Source of the DNA: Balanoglossus misakiensis
Lineage: Eukaryota > Animalia > Hemichordata
Length of the DNA: 64,000 nucleotides
Direction of reading: 5' to 3'
Assembly (NCBI GenBank): GCA_040954595.2
Contig: CM082595.2
Span: forward strand, 7,306,193 to 7,370,192
Shown: in pieces, positions 11,769 through 22,300 of the stretch
Layout of the letters: each line of letters starts with the position of its first letter
Position numbering within the stretch: position 1 is the first letter of the stretch
Notes under the pieces: model-generated
Told to the model about the DNA's origin: nothing
The model's input: the letters and a program-made list of their open reading frames with translations, nothing else
The model's database searches: none
Position numbers and translations under genes: made by a program

Positions 11769-12557
11769 CTAGATCTTATGTAAGCACATATCTTTAAATA
11801 TGGCGGAATCGGTTTGGATACGTTGCAGTGACTTTCGATCTAATTCCTCGTCATATGGCTGTGATAGCGTTGCGTCGAATTTTGTACTTTCAACAGCGGT
11901 ATTAAAAAAGGACGTTTCATACATGTTGATTAGCTTGATGATGGGCGGCCAGTGTTCTATGTTGCCCGGTTTCCACTTCAGCATACTCTCACGGAAAGTA
12001 AGTCCTGTCATTTCGCAGAGCTTCAGCAAGGTTTTACGTGGCTCTCTCACCAAATCCTGTGAATCGATGACTATCGGCTTTTCTCCTTTATCCTTTACAA
12101 GATGATCGTATAGCTTCTTTACAGGCTCCAATGAACCAAGCTCGAAAATGACGTCATCAGTTACAAACCCTCTGTCGCTTACTGCCTCTGCAAGACTATA
12201 AGTTGAAGGCACGGTTTCCTTCGGATCTCTCAGTAGAAAGACATGTTTGTATCCCTTTGGTATCTTGTCGTATCGATCATCTAATGCAACGGGTGCGTCT
12301 CTTGCGATGACAGCTTCTTTGTCAGTATATTCGGCCTCATAGCTTGCCTTGACTTCATCGAAGGAATATCCCTCAATTTTGGCGATACGACTAAGATTAA
12401 ATTTACTCCCTCTTGATTCACTAAAGAGAGCCAACAGATAATGATCGTGGAATACTTTAAAAGTTTCCACGGATGCCAATGAAAGCTCCAGAGCAGTTGA
12501 GCGGCTCCGGAATTGATACCATATCAGAACTTTAGGAATGCCAGCAGCGGACGACAT
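11769..12557 (-). CDS. Sulfotransferase-fold protein (type found N-terminal to BCAT-like proteins, Sulfotransfer_5-like); single coding exon
   Basis: 5'-PSB-like LIWYQFRSRSTAL (family pattern W..PRS.STA), 3'-PB-like HVFLLRDPKETVPSTY, and PIVIDSQDLVREP..TL..LC...GL.F...MLKW. First ATG at 12557. Confidence 0.8.
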   Translation of the reverse strand: MSSAAGIPKVLIWYQFRSRSTALELSLASVETFKVFHDHYLLALFSESRGSKFNLSRIAKIEGYSFDEVKASYEAEYTDKEAVIARDAPVALDDRYDKIPKGYKHVFLLRDPKETVPSTYSLAEAVSDRGFVTDDVIFELGSLEPVKKLYDHLVKDKGEKPIVIDSQDLVREPRKTLLKLCEMTGLTFRESMLKWKPGNIEHWPPIIKLINMYETSFFNTAVESTKFDATLSQPYDEELDRKSLQRIQTDSAIFKDMCLHKI

Positions 12558-14008
12558 GTCTATCTTTATTACAGGGTACGAGCAATATGTGACTGGGTTC
12601 AAGAAAACAGGTATTCATGAAGCTTCACGTGACTCGATCGCTAAATGTTTGTTCAATCTAAAACACTCTCAAAGGTACCCTGTCCGATTCCATTCAACCC
12701 CGGCCACCACAGAACGAAATAACAGTGATACATAAGGACGAGGGTAGGGTAATGGGTATAGGTTTAGGTTAGAATTCTTGTAAGGTTAAAGTAGAGGTTA
12801 AGTATCAATGCTATGCATGTTATTTTATTCAAGTACATGTATGCATGTTCACCCTCCCATCTCCTCGGCCCTCTGTATAATAATGTATAATAATGGTTTC
12901 GTCCGCAGAGAATATCTGTTACACACAAGTTCTTTGTATGATCATTACATTATACATGGTAAGAAGTTGCCCGCGAAAACAAGTGTCACAATTTCATGCA
13001 TTCCTAGGCAAAAGATTGATACTATCAGCTCCCCCCCCCTTCATAAGGATAAAGAGATTTTTGGTAAATTGAAAATTGGGAAAACGGAAATAGTGCATTG
13101 TTGGAAATGACGTTCGTCGGCAGGAAATGTGAATGGCCGCAAAGTGCCATCCACACAGCCGGTTATACCAATTTCCCATTTGTCAATCTCAGACGAAGGA
13201 TTTGTAATTAATTAGAAAATAGGCCTAAAATTTAATAATGAAGAAACAATTTGAAAATTGACATTTAACCCCTTTTCAATTTTCTTTTTTGAAGATGCAA
13301 ATCGGTTTATTGGTTGGCCTAAATGTGCTATGGATTGTGCGCATATATTTGCTGCTACAGACTAACATTTTTACGAACAAACATACCGTATCACACATTT
13401 AAAGGTTTCAATCAACCAAATAGATCGATAGCCCCTCTCGTCGTCCATGCAGGCTTATGGACTGATTGCATGTGTGCCCGGCTAAGGTTGCTATGGGGCT
13501 TCTCCTTTGCTAAACAGTTGAGGGCGCATCAGTGAAGAGCCTTGTAGCGAACCGTGGGCTGTGAGAGAGTCTAGCATGGCACTAGCAAAACTCCTGGTGA
13601 GCCGGATTGACCCCACGCTATAGCTCAGTGAAGACACATAAAACCAAATTACATATATTTGCTTGAATTGTGTTTAAACGACGATAAACGTGTCACGATC
13701 AATCAGTTGGAACTGCTTGCAGATGTTACATGTACAACTTTACAGTTACACACATTCGATTGTGGATTGTCACACACTCACCACGTCAATTTTGATGTGT
13801 TCCATTCCAACATGCAGCACCACAAATTTAAGAACTCTTGATATTACATGTTACACTCGGTGCTCTCCCCGGGTGCAGGGTGGTAGCACTCGACAAACGT
13901 ATTAGTGCCTGGTTATTTGGTGTCAGTGCAGGCAGCAGTGTATATTACACGCAAAGACACAGCATCGCCATTACAAACAGCTCCCTCAACGTCAGTGTCG
14001 AATAGTAA

Positions 14009-14016
14009 ATTTGCAT
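14009..14016 (+). promoter_or_regulatory. Octamer ATTTGCAT, candidate distal sequence element of the U2 promoter
   Basis: Exact octamer ~250 bp upstream of the U2 start, the usual DSE position for snRNA genes. Confidence 0.5.
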
Positions 14017-14260
14017 ATGGGCGAAAAAATGCACCTGTGTGACGTTTTAGTAGGAAAATGATAAATTATGTCATCTCTCATGGAACATACATATTTTGTC
14101 CATTTGAATTCTTCCCATACCGTTCATATTTTGCTGTTCAGTACTCTAGCATTCATGATATATGATATTGGGAGGTACAGTGGAGACTGTATCGCCTAAA
14201 ACCGTTGATAGAGTTTTGTTTCGCTGGATATGGTCAGATCTCTCGAGCGGCGGGTCAGTT

Positions 14261-14448
14261 ATCGCTTCTCGGCCTTTTGGCTAAGATCATGTGTAGTATC
14301 TGTTCTTATCAGCTTAATATCTGATACGCTGCTCACCGAGCAGCTCGATATTAAACTGATTTTTGGAAACGGGCCATGGAATAGGGGCTTGCTCCGTCCT
14401 GGTCACGGATCGACCCGGTATTGCAGTACCTCCGGGAACGGTCCACCA
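14261..14448 (+). ncRNA. U2: U2 spliceosomal snRNA
   Basis: 5' end ATCGCTTCTCGGCCTTTTGGCTAAGATC, branch-recognition GTAGTA, Sm site ATTTTTG (14359-14365) and stem-loop IV loop ATTGCAGTACCTC; ~188 nt. Confidence 0.97.
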
Positions 14449-15387
14449 CTTTTTACAAATCTAAAATCAGGATGAACTTCACTTGACTGCCTTTTACTGT
14501 GGGTCAGCTATCGTATTTCTTATAGGATTCTTGTGAAGAGTTCCCCAGTAACTGCCATTTTCGGCTATTTTCTTAGTATACCATGAAATTCCCAATTGAC
14601 AGCGGGGCCTATACTAGGAATTTTTACACCCACATGCCAGATGACTAAAACATGCTGTTTTTGTTGGATGCCAAATCATTTGCATGTAATTTTTGCATTA
14701 GCAATGCAATGTACAATAACAGACAATTTCAGGAATCGTAGTTTCTATCCATTTATATTGAAGAACAGGCAAATTAAATTGGGGCATTTGAAACCATAGG
14801 CATACTCATCCCACAGTCTATATCGCTATTTTGTGAATGTCCCTATATTTGGCGTATACTGTTTACCTGTTCAGTAAATTGTTTATTTCAAGGAAAGGTT
14901 TCAGAGAGAGAGCACACATACATGGGAGCACACACAGACACAGACACACACACACCCAAACACAGACAGACAAATCATAGGCTTCACAACTGATCAAATT
15001 TCTTCTAAAACAATTTTTATAATGGTTCTTTGAGTTTTTTTGCGCTAAATAAACAATGTCATAAATTTGCTTGAGTCATACCATGCCAAATATTTACTTG
15101 GTCTGCTACATAAATCCATGATCATTTCATACAATTACACAATTATATCTCAAAAAACACAACTGTGGTATTATGGTACAATTACATTCTGTGCAAAATA
15201 TCGAACCAATGTCATGTGTTTGACTGTATACTAATCTCAGGGTTCATGGTGACTCACACTTGCAAAATGTGTTACTTTCACTTTATCTCAGTGCTTTTCA
15301 AAGAGTATTTGAAATTTAAAATATTGTATTTGAGTAGATGCAAGTAATTATGACATCATGGACACTGTAAGAGACTTTAAACTTTAA

Positions 15388-15892
15388 AGGCACGTAAGCT
15401 GCAACTGGATAAAAAATTAAAGTTTTAAATAATCTCATATATGCTTTTAATTATGTCTATTAAATGACATTTCATGATAATATATCAAGCTGAACACTTA
15501 TTTATGACAAAATTGTCAAAAATTAAAGAAAAACGAAAATTCCTGCAATTTTAAAAAAAAGTGCAATATTGCAATGAAAAATGAAAATCTGATGTCTCAG
15601 TGGTGAACATTTACTTCCATGAGCTCAAGTGGATGAGATCATGTTTTGTTTATGAAGTTTCACAACCGGAAATGCAACATTTTCATTGTTTCTTGCATTT
15701 TCCCACGGTGGCGGCCATAATCGCTTGCGGCAAAGCTTTATTATTTATCTGGTTAAAACTTGCATATGCACTCATATTTAGGGTTTATAATGCTTGTGTA
15801 TAGTTCACTGCCTTCATCTGCATGGACTAATGGTAGTGCAGTGTGAAACAAAAATTATGAAAATTATCCCAAAAGTTACAGCTTACGTGCTT
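15388..15892. mobile_element. Kolobok-type non-autonomous DNA transposon (TTAA TSD)
   Basis: TTAA|AGGCACGTAAGCTGCAACT ... AGTTACAGCTTACGTGCTT|TTAA. The internal sequence is shared, in inverted orientation, with 57441-57953. Confidence 0.75.
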
Positions 15893-16375
15893 TTAAGGAC
15901 TTTCAGAATTAAAGTTCTGTTATTATGAATAAATACATCCTATCTACATTCTAGAAAAATATACAGCAAATACTTGTAAATCTCTAAGTAGTCAATAATT
16001 ACATAACATAGCAGTTATATTTTTTTCCAAAAATGTGACAATAAGTACAAATTGTGTTATTGATTTAAATATTTAAAATAATTGAAAAAAAATTGTATTG
16101 CACAAAGTTACTTCAGATATAAAGCATACTATACAGAATTGCATAGATTTCAAATTTGAAAAATGTAATAAATAAATAAATAAGTACTACTTGTACACTA
16201 CACAATGTACATAGATATACAATGCAATATTTAATAAATAAAAGAATACAAGAAATAGAAGATAAAGGAATGATATTGGAGTATTATACTGGCAAATATT
16301 AGACAACAAAAATAGTGTTGCAAGGTACCTGGAATCGGGCTATTTCAAATATGAGGTTTACTACACTCGGCTTAA

Positions 16376-16604
16376 AGTCACAAATTCTCTCTCTCGCTAC
16401 TCTTTCTCCATTAATATGTTAGATACAAGAGACCGTTTATGTTATTCTTCATGTGGATACTATATAGTGAATCAACGTTCAATCACACACACCTTCCATC
16501 CCACTTGTAGACACGAGAGTGAAAAGCTCGCCAAAATGAATAATCAGTGTTTACTTTTTATTCATTTTGGCGAGATTTTTACTGTCATATCCTACAAACG
16601 GGAT
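16376..16604. mobile_element. Fold-back TTAA MITE family, truncated copy 1
   Basis: Homologous to the first two-thirds of 22932-23275. Confidence 0.8.
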
Positions 16605-16980
16605 AACGGCCAGGATGTAAGGTCACCCAGGGGTCACGAACGTGGCCAGTTGCATACCACAAGAAGTTTGAATTGCTTATTGTTTGGGGTGCGACTTTTC
16701 AATACATAATTGTTATTGCCTTTAATGCCATAACTGGCTTTGAAGTTGAACTTTATATTAAAGGGGGATATGTCCCCCTTTGCCTGAATATGGTAGGGGG
16801 GGGGGGGGGAACTGCCATACTGGCGATGGGAAATTTAATACATGTACCTCAAACATGTGAGTGACATCATTTAAAGGGCAACTGTCCCCCCCCTCCCCTT
16901 GAAAAATTGCTAGGGGTGCCAACATCTCAACAGGGGGTAAGCCCCGTCTAGCTGAAACACTCTTGCACACACCCAAAATT

Positions 16981-19109
16981 TCATGAAACAATGAAATGAA
17001 TTATGAAAAGTACAAAACAGAGCAAGACACTGAAACAACAGTTCTGTGCTGATCCAAACACACTGGGATCAAAGTTGAAACAGCCCTGTCTTCCGTGGAC
17101 CACTGTGAAAGCCTGGGCTTCGCAAAATTGTCGTCCGTTTTTGTACATTTGTCCCAACGATTGGGATTTGTATTCTGCATCTTTGCATCTCATGTAGGTA
17201 TCTTCACAGAACTCAGAACAGATCAGGAGTTGTCTGTAATGAAAGAAAAGAAAATAGCTTCAAGGACACTGTGGTACCATTTGGGGATTACACAGAAATA
17301 GGTATACACCACAATTAAAATCACACGTGACATTGGTATGCAGATATGGATGGCATAAATATATGTTATGTCACTTTGCAGCGTTTGAAGAAAACAGTGC
17401 AAAGGACATCCATCTCTATCATAAAGGTGTATTTCAGTTAAGTTTTGATAGTACTGATCCCTTCTAAACAGAAACCCAATCTGTGTGTCCCACTTTTGGT
17501 GACCTTTTTTGTGATTTTTCCCCCACCCCAATCCTGATACTTACTCATCATACCAATCTCTCTGATGGGGACTGCAGAAATAACACATCATATAATTCAA
17601 CCGTTCTTGACAAGCTTGTGAGGCACCATAGGGTGAATACATTCCACCAAACACTGAGGTGACTTCAGTTCTTCGACAGCACGCCATGTCACTGTACCAA
17701 GAACAGTTTGATAGACTGGCTTGAGGGGATGCAAAACGGGTAGTGCCTGCAAAATAGGACAAAACAGTGTTGTCTGTAGGTAGAATGTGCCTCAAAAATC
17801 AGTCTTAGACATTTTCTCTTGAGAATAAAAATTGGGGGCCACTGTGCAAAATTTTGAGACAGGTAAATTTTGTCAAATTGTCTCAAATTAGAAATTCAAA
17901 ATGGTCACCAAATTCTATGTTAACTTTACAGAGAAATTATAAAGTAGCGGTTGTGCATTAATTGACTAAAGTCTACATATTTTAACCCTTTCACCACCAT
18001 GTTCCAGTCCAAATCCATTGTTTTCTATAGAAAGGTTGAACCTCTATAGAGGGAACTGGGGGTGAAAGGGTTAACAAACACATGACTTCACTGGTTAATA
18101 ACTGACAACCATGCTGAATCTGGCTTAAAAAATTATTTGGTACATGTAAAGCATGAATGTAGTTTTTATTAGTATACGTATAAAAAAACTATTGATCGTT
18201 GTTGGCTAAGTGAATTTAAAATACCTTGAAGGCTTTCAACATGCTTTCAACAGAGATTATTTTATCTCATTTGCATAGCATTTTGTAAAATACATGTACC
18301 AGAAACAACATTGTATTCAGCACTACATAAAGACTCTTTTGGATAATACTATTGTACAAGTACTCTATATAGCTGAGACAAAATATTGTAAATGTTCGAT
18401 TTTCTCTAAAATTGACATGAATTTATACTTATAGTGCCAGTGCCAGAAACCAACAAAAAAAGCACGAAGAACAAAGTCAAATCTATGAAAGAAAGACACA
18501 TGACCTCTGAACTTGAAATATTTCCAATCACAGGGAAAATATTCTCAAAAAATTGCAACGAACAAAAACAGCATCATAAAATTTATTGTGATAATTTTTT
18601 GTAATACTAAACAATCACTGACTGAGAGATCATGTGCAATTTATATTGCCCTACATTATGTATCGTTATCCAATTACACATCTTCATTGATCTAGCAAAT
18701 TCTCCCTAGCAACCGTTACCTAGCAATTTGATTCTGAACTACCAAAGAGTCGAGAGTAGATCGAGGCGGTTTGCTGCAGGTTAACTGACAGATGCAGGGC
18801 TACTAATATCTCTCCAATATTTTTACCATCATTATTAAAATGCATCGTATAATATGCATTTGGTGATTGTCTCTCAACGAGATGCTCATTGCTCCGCAGT
18901 GGCAGTGATCTTCGGCGTCAGCTGAAAAACTATTCCAGGCAGAATAAATGTAAACAAGCGGGTTATAAAACAATGACGTTTAACTCACCATAATATACAC
19001 ATAAGGGCGCGCCTCCATCGCTTGTAATTTTCACTTCGGCATTTACTAAAACGAAAAAACATGGAGCGAAGACAAATGATAGAAAGATGAAATTCCGCTG
19101 GTCCGCCAT
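16981..19109 (-). CDS. Folate-receptor/riboflavin-binding-family domain protein with signal peptide and probable GPI anchor (191 aa, 3 exons)
   Basis: Exons 19109-18989, 17746-17545 and 17233-16981 have GT-AG boundaries and matching phases (121+202+253=576 nt). Protein: MADQRNFIFLSFVFAPCFFVLVNA|EVK...LCVYYG...LSNCSWYSDMACCRR...ACQERLNYMMCYFCSPHQRDWY...LICSEFCEDTYMRCKD...FCE...CFNFDPSVFGSAQNCCFSVLLCFVLFIIHFIVS*. Cys spacing fits the Folate_rec domain. Confidence 0.85.
17986..18070. mobile_element. 85-bp piggyBac-type MITE
   Basis: TTAA|CCCTTTCACCACCA ... TGGGGGTGAAAGGG|TTAA. Confidence 0.75.
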
Positions 19110-19347
19110 TTTGGTCTGGAAACAGCATCAACCATTTGCGAGGAGGGGTGCAGTGGTTGTTAGCGCGTTGTGTGATAACAATGTAGGCTGCGCTGTCTCT
19201 AATCTACAAGTAATAAACAGAGAAATTCTGTGTGGTTAAGTTGACTTTTATCAAGATTCCACGCCATGTAGTAGTCAACATTCCTTTATCAAGCAAAAAC
19301 TGAAATCAGTTCTTCTGTGTGGTTTCGTCCATTTACGCGATCAGCTG
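19110..19347. promoter_or_regulatory. Probable bidirectional promoter between the folate-receptor-like gene and ALG3
   Basis: Only ~240-280 bp separate the divergent start codons. A YY1-type CCGCCATTTT motif overlaps the minus-strand ATG. Confidence 0.6.
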
Positions 19348-19386
19348 ATGCAACCTTTGACCCCGCACACAGTACACGCAATCAAG

Positions 19387-22300
19387 ATGTCTCTGAAAGA
19401 GTTCATTTTGCAGGCCAAATCACGGTTTCTCTTCGATCCCAAGTATCTGTGGGTAGCTGCAGCGGTACTATGGGTTGCAGAAATCGTCGTGAATGTGCTC
19501 GTCATCCACAAAATCAATTGTAAGTAGTAGATTTGGTTCACGCATCGTTTTTGCCGGCGATCGCGACCAGCCGCGATTCGGGGAATGTAGGGTCACCATT
19601 GTAAATAAATCGTACTTTGTGGCCTTGGTGGGCTGGTTGGCTTGATTGACCTTGGTTGGGCTTAGAGCGCGGGCCGTACAAACCAAGCATCGTGCGCGAT
19701 CCAGCCACCCACCCAGCCCGCAGGAGCTCTCCCTCCTTGTTTGTAATGTGCATGCTTGTTTGTTTGTTTGTCTGTCTGTCTGTCTGTTTGTTTGTTGTTG
19801 TTGTTGTTGCACAAATAGCAAGCTTTCAATTTACAATTTCCATTCCCCCACTTCTTTGTCCAAATCGCAATGCTAACAAAATGGGGGGGGGGGGGGGGAA
19901 CGCTATTAAAATAGTTTCCTTTTGAAATGAGAATGTTCAATGATAGAACACAAATTAACGTTATCCTTTGTTGAAGTTTGCATTAATGAACTGCTTGAGT
20001 CAAATTAAATATATAGAAAATAAACAGAATAGAGAGAGAAGGGGGGGGGGAGAGACATGCCCTATTTACAGGTATATCTACAAACAACGGCCAGTGTTCT
20101 CCCCAGATAAGCATGGTGGCCACCACTCTTTAATTTTGAGAAGACAATAGAACTTAATTAACATAACAATTGGTTATATTGTTATTGAAATTAGCCGTCA
20201 CGCTTTCACAAAATCCTGGGGAGAACACTGCAACCAAACATCACTTGTACTATTTTACATGTAGTTTGTTGATGGTATTTAACAAAGAAATAGCAAGAGA
20301 ATGTTACTTCTTCTGGTTCATCTATACTATAATACCTGTTCGTTCGTTGTCCAACAGATACAGAGATAGATTGGGAAGCATATATGGATGAAGTAGAAGG
20401 TGTTGTCAATGGCACTTATGATTATATGCAACTGAAAGGTGGCACTGGACCATTAGTGTAAGTATTATGTGATGCTATCATGTTTTGGATTTGTGTATAA
20501 GCAAAACTTTTTTGAAAAAACCAACAAAATGATTCAAGAACACATGTATAGTAAAATGTCATTTGCACGTCATACCACAGACCACTTATAATATTGAGTG
20601 ACTTTGATGGGTTGCATTAGTTAATACAAGTAAAATAAATGAAAAACAGAAAGGGAAAGAGTTGAGAATATGGAAACACGTGGTCAAAGTCAGTTAGCCT
20701 CACAATGAAAACAAAACAGCATTTTTGAATGGCACACATGTATGCGAATGGTAACTTTCCTGATAATTTTTTCATATGTGCATGCAAGTATCAATCCAAG
20801 TATTTTTGTATTCCTGGCTGTCAAAAATGTAATCTCATGCATGTAATATGAATGACTAATTTAACTTTTTTATTCCATTATTTCAGCTACCCGGCAGGAT
20901 TTGTTTATTTCTACCTCGTTCTGTATTACATCACTGGCTATGGTGCAAATATCCGACTAGCACAGTACATCTTTGTTGGGTTTTATCTCGTCAACTTGCT
21001 CTTGGTCTTCCGAATTTATCAAAGAACCATGAAAGTAAGTAGAGCTCATTACAACAGTAAGTGGGAAAGAGAATTGACAGGGGTGGAAAGCACCTACAGT
21101 TCATGGCAGAACTAATTAAATAGGTGATTCTCCAACTCATCAAGGATTGGAGGAGCTGTAAAGGCCAACAAAGACAAACAAATATTGTATATAAGTAATT
21201 GACACGACACACCTTCATGAAGTCAACAAGAAATTTGTTACAAAAAGGGGAACATTTGTCTCTTGCCTCTCATAGGATATTTGTTTGCAGAAATACATTT
21301 ACATAGTGCAATTTCTCTGAAATCATATTAATATATTTTCCTCCTTTTTTACAGTGTCCACCATATGTGCTCATATTTATGTGTTGTACATCATACCGAA
21401 TTCACTCTATCTATGTGTTGAGGCTCTTCAATGATCCAGTGGCTATGTTGTTTCTCTATCTGTCAGTCAATCTTTTCATGGATAAGAAATGGGCATGGGG
21501 ATGTTTCTGGTTCAGGTAAGCTGTATTTATGTATACCCCATTGACAAACTAAAATCAATAAATTTACAATATTTTCTTCAGATTTCGAAAGCATATCACT
21601 TCTAATGCAATTAAAAATTATATGAGCGCTTTGTAAAACAAAATCTTTACAAAATAGTCGAATTATGCGCTCGATTTTTGCCCAAAGTGATGTGGCTAGA
21701 GTACAACGCACGTACTTGTGCTCAAGAGACTCTGGTGTCTTACAAAGATCACAGTCCACACTGGTGCTCTTATTCCAATAAAACAAATACTTATTACATG
21801 GCAACAACCTGTGTAAAAGTTTCCATTGAAATTCCCGCAACTTTGTTTCTTTAGTTTTGTTTCTCCCTCTCCTTTAAAACCCTCACCATTAACCTATATT
21901 ACTTGTATTTGTATCAGTTTGTCATCTCTTGGTGACGCATACCACGATAGTTGCATACTCTTTGTATGGAGACCGATTAAATGGGTTAGGCACCCGTTTA
22001 ATATATCACTTGTTCATATTGCAACATACAGCCACAATCGGATGTCAATAAAATGTTCATGTGTACCTATCAGTATGCTTATTTAGATGGACCTATCTAA
22101 GTTTGAAAGTAAGATTATGAAAATAATGCAAAAAATGGCAGCTCTTGGGGCTTTAAAATTGTGCCTGAAATTGTCCTGTGTCAGACGGAAAATTTTGCAA
22201 ATGTACACCCGAACCTTGGTGCAATCTGTAGGTATTTAACCTAGGGTAATTACTATTATTGATTATACTATTTTTTTTTAAATATTTTTGCTTTCTTTTC

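Noticed and set aside
13290-13680. Telomerase RNA, RNase P/MRP, U3 or 7SK identity for the structured element
   Set aside because: No CTAACCC template, no P4 GGAA.GTC motif, and no U3 boxes or 7SK ends were recognisable, so it is left unassigned.
14195-14220. PSE of the U2 promoter
   Set aside because: Expected by position, but the sequence does not match a consensus I can verify.
15600-15803. Similar ORF pair 15600-15803 (+) and 57503-57829 (-)
   Set aside because: Both lie inside related Kolobok-type MITEs and show no transposase motifs.
16416-16709. Recurrent short ORFs similar to each other ('KLAKMNN...FIHFG', also at 24519, 27939, 39755, 53620)
   Set aside because: They are translations of the fold-back MITE copies, with inconsistent frames and stops, not a gene family.
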